Shown here in pieces: positions 14,501 to 27,497 of a DNA stretch of 64,000 bases. The position numbers and the translations under genes were made by a program. The stretch is taken from positions 68,200,001 through 68,264,000 of the forward strand of contig OX597825.1 of NCBI GenBank assembly GCA_951406725.2. The letters run 5' to 3'. Below the pieces are notes generated by a model. It was not told where the DNA came from, searched no databases, and saw nothing but the letters and a program-made list of their open reading frames with translations. Origin of the DNA: Octopus vulgaris (taxonomy: Eukaryota). Position 1 is the stretch's first letter. Every line of letters begins with the position of its first letter.

Positions 14501-16559
14501 TTTCCATCTACCAAATCCAAGGCTATAGTAGAAGACACTTGCCCAAGGTGCCATGCAGTGGAACTGAACCCGGAGCCATGTGGTTGGTAAGCAAGCTACT
14601 TACCACACAGCCACTCCTGCACCTATGTGTACTGCACAGGTTTAAATATACTTAATTGCAACACAAACTCAATAGTTTCTCTGTATTCAACTGCATGTAT
14701 GTGAGGGTTTGCGTCTCTCTGTGCATATATCCATGTTAGCAGACACAGTGAATACCAAAATGCAAATTAGTTGCTCGTCAGGAACAAAGACTGGTTTCAA
14801 TTATGAGCTGAAAGGATGGCATCTGCATTCACAACATGTAGCAATTCACAACAATGAGTGACAGCCTACAACATGAAGCAGTCCACCACATGTGTCTGTT
14901 TGCGACATGTGTCTGTTCGCAACATGTGGCAGTCCATTACAATATGTAACAGATCACTACATGTTAAAGTTCACTATGTGTGACAGCCCGATACTACAAC
15001 ATGTGACTGCAAACAAAGAAGTGATAGATCACCACATGTACCAGTCTAGTAGCAAATACAACATCAAACTCAACATGTGACATCTCAGCACATGTGGCAG
15101 CCCACTACACTCCCTGGCAATCTAGTCAGTATTCCACAAGACAAAGACATACTTACGATATGCAAGTGTTTTGTGCCGATGGCTCAGGTCCTTAAGTTCA
15201 TTTGATACAAAATTCTTCATGGCACCAACCGTGGTCAGAGAATGTCTTTTCTGAAATGGGAATAATTAACCATTAACTATTTTTTTCTTTTTCACAAATC
15301 ACATTACAATATATTGGCCATAATCTAGCTATTCCCCTGACAACAATACTGAGTGGGGCCTTCTTTATTTTTTTTTTATATGAATTAGTTAACCCTTTAG
15401 CATTTAAACTGGCCATATCCAGCTAAAATATTCTTCCTGCTTTATGTTCAAAGTGGCTGGATCCAGCTTCTCATATCAACCCTACAATGTTAGTCTAAAA
15501 AATATACAGGAGTGGCTGTGTGGTAAGTAGCTCAGGCTCTGGGTACAAACGTCTTGTTTGCATAAGTTTTGAATTAAAATCAAACTTTAGTCACAATTTA
15601 TGTTCCTAACACTAGCTTAATGAAAACTAAGTTATTTAACTAAATTCTTTGTTATATTTAAAGTAATTGAAAGAAACACAGAGCATCTCAAAATAAATAC
15701 AGTAACGAAAGGGTTAAAGCAATCAATGGCTACATTATCAAATATAAACTTTACATATGAAGACAGTGGGGTGTGATCTGAGGAAGATTTGGCTGCTATT
15801 TCTACCAGATTAAACAACTGAGTAGAAATACCCTCCAAATCATAAAATTTCTTGGTACTTACACAAAATGATGAAACAACATCATCATCATCGTTTAATG
15901 TCCGTTTTTTGTGCTAGCATGGGTTAGACGGTTCGACCGGGGTCTGGGAAGCCAAGAGGCTGCACCAGGCTCCAGTCTGATCTGGCAGTGTTTCTACAGC
16001 TGAGTGCCCTTCCTAAAGCCAACCACTCCGTGAGTGTAGTGGGTGCTTTTTACGTGCCACCAGCACAGGTGCCAGGGGAGGCTGGCAGCACCAGGGGAGG
16101 CTGGCAGTGCCAGGGGTGATTTTCGATAATAATAGCAAACTTATTGCACAGTTTTCATTGCATATACGTGCAGAATTAAATCTGTAAAATTGAATGACTT
16201 AAAAATGTATAGAATTAAATGACTTCAAAATTTCTATAAAATACCAGCAGCAAATATCAATTCATAAACTAAGATTTGGCAGGCCAACACCTTATCTGTT
16301 TCTAAAATTTGTACTTAAAAGTTGGTTTTTTTTTTGATAATATACTCACATCATAACCACTTTGAACTTCTTTCACCTTCCAACTGAGAAACTCAAAAAC
16401 TGTAGAAAAATGCTTGTTTCTTATTTGGTCATATATCTGCAAAAATGGATGGGAAAGTTTGTTGGAAAACATTTTTTAAAACAATGGTTTTTGGTAATCA
16501 GTATCGATTTTTACAATTCTGTAAATAATGATAATAAAAATAATAATAATAATAATAAC

Positions 16560-16591
<32 letters not shown>

Positions 16592-17255
16592 TAATAATAT
16601 CTCCACTGGCTAATAAGTCGGCATTACAATATCAAAACTGCCGACAAGTGGTATATCACCACCCTGAGGCTGTAACTGAAGGAGAAAATGTAACCATTCT
16701 GTGGGACTTTCCAGTACATACAGACCGAACCATCAAGGCCAATAAACCAGATATTGTTGTGAAAGACCAAAACAATAAAGTTTGCTTATTGATCGACATG
16801 AGCATCCCCTGTGATCATAATATCTCAGCGAAAGAGTTTGACAAGCTCAGAAAATATAAAGACCTACTCATTGAAATTGAGAAAATGTGGCATCTCAAGG
16901 CGGTTACAATACCAGTGATCGTAGGAGCACTAGGAATGATCAAGAAGGGAACCGAAAATTATATGGGAATGATCCCTGGCTTACCATCCCTGCAAGAAGT
17001 GCAAAAGATTGTCTTAACTGGTACATCACACGTATTGAGAAGAGCATTGTCGATGTGAGAACTGTTGCTGCTCATGTATTTTAATTTAACTTTAAAAAAA
17101 AAAAAAAAAAAAAAATGAACGAACTACTGAGTTTGGTTTAATGGCCTACCAATGTATACTATGAGTTTCTTTGCCCTAGGAGTCGGGAAGACACTCGGCA
17201 AGAAATGATAGCAAATTTGAAAGAAGAAGAGAAAAAAATAATAATAATAACTATC

Positions 17256-17289
<34 letters not shown>

Positions 17290-20200
17290 TAATATTTTAT
17301 AAGCTTAAAGCTTATAAGTGACCACCATGTAATGATTAAAGAAAATAGTCTAATATTGGGGCATTAAATCTTGACAGAATAAAGCAGGGTTTTCTGTAGG
17401 CATGGGACTCAAACCCACAGCTCTTTGTTGTGAAAACAAAGAGCTGTGGGCAGGAGGAGGAGGAAGGGGGAGGAGGAGGAGGATTTATTACAGCATTAAC
17501 TTCCCATCAAACCAAGTCAGCAATTTGGTTTCACTTTCTCGTTAGAACCATTTCTTGTCTTCTATTCCCTTAGGGTACAGTACACCTGAGAAAGAATTCT
17601 GTATTCTAAGTGATATAAATGTATTTCTCCCACTTTCCTCAATAAGTTACAGGTTTCATGACCAGCAGTCAGTGACTAATATACTTACTTCATCTTGATG
17701 GGACAGCAGTACTCTGGTAGGTTTGTCTTTCCCTGTGATTTCCTTCGTGAACTCTATATAACCTACACAATGCAAACAGAAGATACACAGAATTCAGAAT
17801 ATGAGATATTATTGGTTTCAAATTTTGGCAAAAGGTCATCAAATTTGGGAGTGGGGATAAGTCAATTACATTGATTTCCAGTGATCAACCGGTACTCATT
17901 TTATTGGCCCAGAAAGGAAGAAAGACAAAGTCAACCCCAGCAGAATTTGAGCTCAGAAATTAAAGATGGGTGAAATGTCACTGAACATTTTGCCTAGAGG
18001 TTTAACAATTCTGCCAGCTTGCCACCTTAATATGAGATATTATTAACATGTAATACATCATGGTGATGACAATGATGATGATGATGTGGCTGTTGGACAA
18101 TGATGACCAAGAGGAAGAGGGGGAAGGTTATAAAGATTAAAAATAAAGATGATAATAATGAATATGTTTATAGAAAATAGAAACAAGAATGGGTTTACTT
18201 CACAAATTGAAATGCACAGACTCCCTACATCACTCCCTTTTCTTATTTCTTTAATGCCCACAAGTGGCTAAACATAGAGGGGACAAACAAGGACAGACAA
18301 AGGGATTAAGTCGATTACCTCGACCCCAGTGTGTAACTGGCACTTAATTTATCGACCCCGAAAGGATGAAAGGCAAAATCGACATCGGCGGAATTTGAAC
18401 TCAGAACGTAGACAGACAAAATACTGCTAGGCATTTCACCCAGTGTGCTAACGTTTCTGCCAGCTCGCCGCCTTTCTATCACTCCCTCTTTACATCACTC
18501 TCTCTTCTATCATCCTAACAGCCATGCTTCTATTCAATCTCCTTACCAACAACATTTATATAGCTGCCTATCACATTTTCTCTATTTTCCATTACTCTCA
18601 TTTTTATCACCCTCTCACTCGGATTCTCTTCTGTTACTATTCTATCGCTCTGTCTCTCTTGCTCTTACTCTTTTTCAACTCAGCCGTGTGGGGAAGAAAT
18701 GAACACACAAATGGAGACGTCACAAGGAAGAAGCAACTCTCATAAGTCTTGTTGGGGATCAAGACAATACCTGTGGTGCTGGTGAACAAACAAATGGCAA
18801 TAACACAGGGTAGAGAGATGCTTTAGACATGACAGAAACAAGGTAAGCTCTCAAATGCTGGCTATTTTCAGGAAGGGAGTCCAGCCATAGAAACCATACC
18901 AAAACTGAAAGTATGATCAAGATATGGTGCCTGACCCACCTACAATGGAGATAAGTCTGGATGAGAACTGACAGGAAAGCACACACGCACATGCATGAAT
19001 GTGCGCACACACACACACACACAGGGTTAGGGTTAGGGTTAGACAAAAATGAAAATAGCACTGACATTTCATTTTAACAGATATATTTACTAAAATTATA
19101 TAAAAAATCTTGAAATACTAAAGAGTAAATTTATTCAATAAAATCGCCATTGGCTTCAACCATGGCCTCCAGATGACTTCGGAATCTCCTGAAACACTTC
19201 TGGAAGGTCTCCTTGTTTAAGTTGGTGAATGATGCCATAATCCTTGCCTTCTGTTCATCTTTGGTATTACAAGGAGCTTTGCTGTTCTCTTGCTCAACTG
19301 CGCTCCACACATAATAATCAAGAGGGTTGCAGTCTGTGGAGTTAGGTAGCCAGAGGTTAGGGGTGATGTGGTCGCAGGAATTGTCTGACAGCCGTGACTG
19401 GGTTCTCCTGCTTGTGTGTCATGGTACAGAGTTCTGTTGCCAGACACAGGGACTTCCAGCTGCCACCCTCTTGATCCAAGGTAGCACTACCTCCTCCAGG
19501 CACTTGATGTAGGCCTGAGTGGTACTGAGGGAGGTGGTTTCATGCCAGAAACACTAAAAAGATGAATGGCAAAGTTGATCTGAGCAGGACTTCAACTCAA
19601 GCTGGAACAAATGCTGCTAAGCATTTTAATCAATGCACTCATGATTCAGATAGCTCACTGCCTTTAGCGACAACAACAATAAAATGATAATTTGTTTTGT
19701 ATAACTTACCACTTTGTATTCCGAATGTTTCATCTAAGATTCCTTCATATGTTAACTGTGAAGAAAGAGGTGTCACAAAATCTACATCTAAAATGAAAGA
19801 AAAACAAAGGATAGAAATTATATGAACAAAACAGTTCACGCAAAGAGTCTAAAAATATATTCTAGATGAAAAAAACCAATAATGATTTCTTGCTCTTGGT
19901 GGTGATGATGATCGCCACTGTCTAATGTCTGTTTTCCATGCTGGCATGGGTTGGAAAGTTTGACAGGAGCTGATATGGGTTGGACGGTTTGACAGGAGCT
20001 GGCAATCCAGAGGACTGCACCAAGTTCTATTGTCTGCCTTGGCATGGCTTCTACAGCTGGATGACCTTTCTAATGCCAGCCACTTTACAGATTGTACTTG
20101 GTGTTTTTTTACATGGTACCAACACCAGTGAGGTCACCAAATAATTTGCAGGACAAAAAACCTCAAATAAGAGGGGGAATAGTATTGAAGAAAATATTGA

Positions 20201-23200
20201 TGAAGGAGGCTTTGTGTCAAGCAATGTGAGGTTAAGGTATGATAGGAAGGCAGAAATAGGCATCCTGCCGTAGAGGAGATACATGGTTTCCCCAGTTGGA
20301 AAAAGAGAGAAGAGAGGAGAAGGAGAGAGAACATGGTGGTGAAGACGTGTGGGGCATACGAAGCAGTACAAAATAAAATATAAATATATACCTCTGTCTA
20401 TGATAAACAGCTTTCCAATCTCAAAATGCTCATCTTCAGTTTTCTGATGATATTCTGTCATTGATAACATCATTTCATGTATTTTCTAGCCATGAAAATA
20501 TAAGAAACAGAAAAAGAAGAAAAGAACATTAAATAGGTACAGGTCTGGTTGTGCGGTGGTTAAGCGCTTTGCTTAGCAGTCATGTGGTTTTGGGTCTGGT
20601 CCAGTTGCAGGGCATCTTGGGCAAGTGTCTTTTACTATAGCCTCAAGTAGATCAATGCTTTGTGAGTGGAATTGGTAGGCAGAAACTGTGCAGAAGCCAT
20701 TTTGTGTGTGTGTGTGTGTGTGTGTGTACATGTGTGTACATATGTGTGTGTATGTATGTGTGTGTGTATAGATAGATAGACAGACAGATAGATATACATG
20801 GTACAGAAGGTATTTATTTCCAATTTTCAGCTTTTTTAACTCTTTTACTTGTTTCAGTCATTTGACTATGGCCATGCTGGAGCACTGCCTTTAGTCGAGC
20901 AAATCGACCCCGAGACTTATTCTTTGTAAACCTAGACTTATTCTATCGGTCTCAGTTGTCAAGCGATGTTGGGGAGGGGACAAACACAATCCACCTTTGA
21001 GTATAATATGCAGGGCATATTTAGGGGGCTGTACCTCTGAAAAACCTAAACCTTGTGTATAATACGCACCCCTTCTCTAACTTGAGACAAGGAGGTTATA
21101 TAACATCCTTGGTTTGTAAAAATGTATATGGTAACAAGCCTAGACTTATTCTATCGGTCTCTTTTGCTGAATCAGTTGTCAAGCGATGTTGGGGGGAGGA
21201 CAAACACAATCCACCCTTGAGTATAATACGCAGGGGATTTTTAGGAGGTTGTACCTCTGAAAAACCTAAACTTTGTGTATAATACGCACCCCTTCTCTAA
21301 CTTGAGACAAGGAGGTTATATAACATCCTTGGTTTGTAAAAATGTATACGGTAACGTCCTTTATTATTATTGTATATATAACATAATGCAAACATGTAGC
21401 TTTTTTGTGCATTTTGTTTGCAGAAAACAAAGAAATAACAGTAATAACATTTAATAAATGTTGCTTACTGCAAGTTATAGATGACTCTTTTATGACTTCA
21501 TTGCTTTCAGGCTTAGCTTAAGGTATTTTCTTGCCCGACATCACAAAATGTGTCTGAATAAACATTGCCAGACAGCAAATAGAGACTCGGACATTGCTTA
21601 GAAAATATTTTTCATTTTTAACCTTGTATATAGTACACACTAGGGATTTTGACCATTAGATTTTGGTAAAAAGTGCGGATTATACTCGAGGATTTACAGT
21701 ACATTTCAGATACCATCTGAACAGAGAACTTGTCCAACCAAAATTGTTCATGTATCTGGTGATAGTGTTACTAAAAATAACTTAAATGTTGAACTTTCTT
21801 ACATGGCTGGTGAGAAAACAAGCCACTTGCTGTCTGAAATTAGGTCAATAAGTCGCTAATGTATTTAAGTTTATGTTCCTATTCTATTCTCCTATTCCAT
21901 CAGTGTAATGTAGTATTCTTATTTTATTCAGTATATCATGTTACTTTTAGTTTGTTGGTGTTATTCGAGCTGGTGGAATTGTTAGCACACCGGGTGACAT
22001 GCTTAGTGGTATTTTGTCTGCTGCTATGTTCTGAGTTGAAATTCTGCTGAGGTCGACTTTGCCCTTCATCCTTTCAGGATCAATAAAATAAGTACCAGTT
22101 GAACACTAGGGCCAATGTAATCAACACATCCACCCCCGCCCGAAAATGGCTGCCCTTGTGGCAAAATTTGAAAACATTATAAGACGCCACACTTGGTTGG
22201 CAATTACATGTTGCAATTCCATATTGCTACTGTTTACATCTCACTCAGAGATTTAATATAGCTTATTTCTCCTTTTTCAAGATCAGCGGCAGTTTGTCAC
22301 TGGAAAAAGCATATAGTATTTTGCAAGTGGAGTGATTAACACACACTGAGGACGGGTAACCAGAAACTTGAGTACATGTGTATCATGTAAGGTTAGGGAT
22401 GAGGGCGATGACCTCCCCTCACAAATACTAATCGGACACAGAATGTGTGTCATTAGCCAGCTGGAAGAGATGTCTTCCTGGGGCTAAAAATGCCAGTAGC
22501 ACTGTCCCGTATAGGACACCACACTTGGTTGGCAATTATATGTTACGATTATTATTTTTATTATTATTACTAGCAATAAAACCCATCGATGATTGGGTAA
22601 TTACTTTTACTGTTTATCAGGAGCCACATTGAGCCTGTATTTGTGTGCATTTTTAGAAGAGAAAACTATGTAGTAATTGCAGTGGGACTGAACCTGGAAC
22701 CATGTGGTTGGGAAGCAAACTTCTTACCACACAGTACACCTGTGCCTATAAAGTAGATAAGAAGAGATTGTGGCAAGTAAATAAATGTATAAATAAAAGA
22801 AAGGATTCACCCTTTCGTTACCAACCCGGCTGAAACCGGCTCTGAGTACAAATGTCTTGTTTTCATAAGTTTTGAATTAAAATCTTCCACTAAACCTTAG
22901 TCACAATTTACGTTCCTAGCACTAGCTTAATGATAACAAAGTTATTTTATTAAATTCTTTGTTGTATCTTTATATATAAAACTGAAGTTGTGTGTGTCTG
23001 TCTACTCCGATTTAGATTCCTAACTACTCCCACATTTTGTGGTGCAGTTTAACCAAAAGTGGGTATCTTATAGTCGTGATTCATATCGAGCCCTTCTGGG
23101 TATTAGCGTGCGTCTACGATGAGTCTACGATTAAAAAAAAAATTTACCATCATTTTTCTGCATTTCTAATGCATTTTTGCTCGGTTTATATAAGGGAAGT

Positions 23201-26200
23201 AACTCTCTAAAAATGCTTATATAGTTATTTCCCTTACAAACCCGAGCAACGCCGGGCAATACTGCTAGTTTAAAATTAATTGAAAGAAACACAGAGCATC
23301 TCAAAATAAATACAGTAGTGAAAGGGTTAAGGGAATTTGTTCCCTCAAATCTTAATTTTTAACACAATCAAATAGTCTGAAAGAAGTAAAATAATTTCAT
23401 TTACCTTAGCTGCTCTTCCAATACCACAGACAAATGGTATTTGTCTATAGACTGACTGGAAATGAACCAATGACTTCGCAACAGTATTTAACCAGGTAAA
23501 ATCATTATGCTGAAAAAACAAATCATTTCTTAATTACACAAATGTATTGGATTCTTTTTCATCATCATCGTCGTCATCATCATCATCGTTTAACGTCCGT
23601 TCTCCATGCTAGCATGGGTTGGATTGTTTGACCGGGAATCTGGGAAGCCAGGAGGCTGCACCAGGCTCCAGTCTGATCTGGCAGTGTTTCTACAGCTGGA
23701 TGCCCTTCCTAACGCCAACCACTCTGTGAGTGTAGTGGGTGCTTTTTACGTGCCACCAGCACAGGTGCCAGGCGAGGCTGGCAACGGCTACGATTGGGTT
23801 GGTGCATTTTACGTGCCACCGGTACAGAAGCCAGTCAAGTTGTTGTAGTGATTGGAGAAGAATGAGATAATTATAGATTTTTGTATCATATTTTTCAGCG
23901 GAGTGGTTGGTGTTAAGAAAGGCATCCAGCCATAAAAAACATGCCAAAACAGACACAGATGCATGGTACAGGCTCCTGCCTGGCCAGCTCTTGTTAAACC
24001 GTGCAACCCATGCCAGCATGGAAGGAGGACATTAAACGATGACGATGATGAATAATGATGATGATAAAATCAGTGAAGTATATAGTGCAAACAACTGGTT
24101 GTAAACATTCAAACATCATTACTGTCTTTCTGGATCCTCCAAACATAGAATGTTTGATCCTCCAAAGTCATCTTGGTGTATAAAGTTGACCTAGCTTTTG
24201 AGCTATAAATTTTGGTCTGATAAATTTGACTTGAATGCAAGAAAATACGGTGTGTATAATAGCAGTTCAGGGAGAATATCTGAGAAAGAAGGCTGAGAAG
24301 AGCATTTATGAATGGCTCCTGTGCTGGTGGCATGTAAAAAGCACCATTCAAGTGTGGTCGATGCCAGTACCACCTGACTGGCCCTCGTGTTGGTGGCATG
24401 TAAAAAGCACCCACTACGCTCTCAGAGTGGTTGGTATTAGGAAGGGCATCCAGCTGTAGAAGCTTTGCCACATCAAATTGGAACCTGGTGCAGCCTTCTG
24501 GCTTGCCAGCCCTCAGTCAAACCATCCAACTCATGCCGGCATGGAAAGCGGACGTTAAACGATGATGATGATGATGATGAATGAATGAATGAAAGAGATT
24601 TTACCATGTTGGTATGGACCCATCTCTACTTTATGTAACTGGTTTAGACAAAATATTCTGAGTAGAAATAATCAGTGTATTACATTACTATTATTATCTA
24701 ACCCAGGGGTTCTCAAAACCGTTTTTTAGCCTATGGACCTCTTTGATTATCGTTTTACTCTGGTGGACTTCCACTTGACATTCAATGTTTAAACCTTTAG
24801 CATTCAGATTATTTTTTTAAATGTAATGTTTATTTATTCAAATTGTTTTGAATTAATCATGCGTTATCTCATAACTTCAAGATTTCAGTGATGTTATTGT
24901 TTATTTGTAAAATTGGAGTGAGAAGCTAGATTTGTCCAGTGTGTGTGTGTGTGTTACAGTTCTGTAGTACGAATTTGAAATTAATGATGTCTTATGTCTT
25001 TTAAGAAATTGTACTCAATTCAACTTACCAAATAAAATCTTGGCAGGAAATCGGATAATTCCAAAGACAAAACATCTCGGTCAAGTGGTATTAAATCTAA
25101 AATGAACTCTTCCACAGTAACATAGCCATATACTCCTTCTCTCTCCAAGACTTCCTCACATACATTCAGCTGAAAAAAAGATTACATACATTTATATATA
25201 TATATATACACACATACATACAGAGTGCAATGGGAAAATTGTCTCCATTTTATACTTTTTATATATAAATGGCAAAATGTCTGCATGCGTGTCCTTTATA
25301 CAAATCCACAATTTTTCAGTTAGAGGACTCACACTTTCTATGGTCATTCAAAACCGTCCAAAGGTGGTCGTGCACATCTTTACATTTCCCCAGTCACCCT
25401 GCAAAGCCATTAAAAAATCAATAGAAGTGACTATTTTGTGAATTTTCTATCCTAAACCCAATTAAAATGCCCGAAACTTGATACGCCAATTGAATGCCAG
25501 CTAGCCGTATGTGATTGGTCGGAGATTTGGACAGTACTCGCATGTACGTGCGCACATATGCAGCTGTATATGCATGCACTGGCATTACGATCCGGTATTG
25601 CCGGGCCATAGTGCTAGTTTTTAAAAGTAAGAGCAGTTGGGCACCATCTGTCAGGAAAACAGCACCATGACACAATTCACTCTGCCAGAAATTTGGAAAT
25701 GACATGCTGCAATGCTTGGGATTCATGCCAGAAGTTCCAATACGAACATTTCAAAGTGTTTGGGTATCAATCTGAGGACCAAACATCCAGTCAACATCAT
25801 AGTGTTTGGGGCGATCACTAGTGATGGCGACATTATGCTTCCATTCATCTTCCCACACAGCCTCAGACTCAACACAGAGGCCTGCATCAAGTGCCTGCAG
25901 GAGGTAATCTTGCTCTGGGTGAAGAGGGAGGCTGTTGGAAGATTCTATGTCTGGAAACAGGACTCTGTACCATGCCACACAAGCAGGAGAACCCAGTCAT
26001 GGCTGTTAGACAATTCCTGTGACCACATCACCCACTAACATTTGGCCACCTAACTCCACAGACTGCAACGAGACCAACAAAACTCCTTGTAACATCAAAG
26101 ATGAGGCAAGGATTATGGCAGTATTCACTAACTTAAAAAGGAGACTGTCCAGAAGAGTCGCAGGAGATTCCAAAGTCGTCTGGAGGCTGTTGTTGAAGCC

Positions 26201-26958
26201 AATAGTGATTTTATTGAATATATTTACTCTTTAGTATTTCAAGATATTTTTATGTTATTTTGGTAAATATATCTGTTAAAATGAGATGTCAGTATTATTT
26301 TCATTTTTGCATAACTTGGACGACAGTTTATTCACCACACCCTGTATATATGTGTGTGTGTATATATATATATACACACACAGACATAGTTTAATAGTTT
26401 ATAGATCCAATATAGGTAGAATCAACAAAAAAAGTACTCAATCCACTGAGACATAAACATGTATTTAATACATAACCAAAAGAGCTACTGATAGTTCCAT
26501 GCTTTTAGGATATTTTTACTAGGCATATTTATAAAATACACCATGTGTCTCCAAGCAATCTTTCAGGCTCTGCTTATGCATTATGAAAAAAATGAGAAGA
26601 AAAACATGAAGAAGGTTGATGCAAAAAATGGAATGAGAAGATAGAAACGAAAGCAAGAAAAGTCAATATTAAACAATTCAATAAAGAAAGATGTTATTCA
26701 CACCATATAGAAAACATATACTATAAAAAAAAACTTATTTTAAAAAATCAATAAAGTACAATAAATAGTAAATATTTTACAAATAAGTTTTTTTTTATAG
26801 TATATGTTTTCTATATGGTGTGAATAACATCTTTCTTTAATGAATTTTTTAATAGTGGTTTTTCACTAAACTATATACATATATTATATATTGTGAAATT
26901 TGATTTAAAATTGTTAAATTGAATTTTTCCCTGTAAGTTATGGAATTATATTCCCTAC

Positions 26959-26998
<40 letters not shown>

Positions 26999-27017
26999 TT
27001 ATATTTTAATAATATTA

Positions 27018-27067
<50 letters not shown>

Positions 27068-27464
27068 TTTTATCTAGTTTCAGCTCACGAGCTGTGGCCA
27101 TGCTGGGGCACTGCCATTCATATATATATATATATATTGACAAATTCATTTTAAGTACTTACTTTACGAGGTGTCATTAATATTCGATATGTCCTTTTCT
27201 GCTCTAAACTTCTCTCACAATTGACTTGCCTTGCAATATGCTCCATCATTTCAATTCTTGGACGAACAATGTACAGCCGCCTGAAGTAAATAGGTAAATA
27301 ATAAGGCTGTAGTCAATTATATCAAGCCAGGTACTTCAACAGGTACTTATTTTATTGTAGTGTATAACAAGTGATATAGACACACACACTCTCCAGGATA
27401 TCATACATGTGTGTGTGTGAATGTGTGTGCAAGTTCTTGTGCACTAAACAGAGAGGAGGGAAAA

Positions 27465-27497
<33 letters not shown>

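Noticed and set aside
14760-14785. Partial hammerhead-like motifs (here, 3930-3970, 9165-9195, 12303, 59895-59960)
   Set aside because: CUGANGA is present, but GAAA or the stems are missing; not distinguishable from chance.
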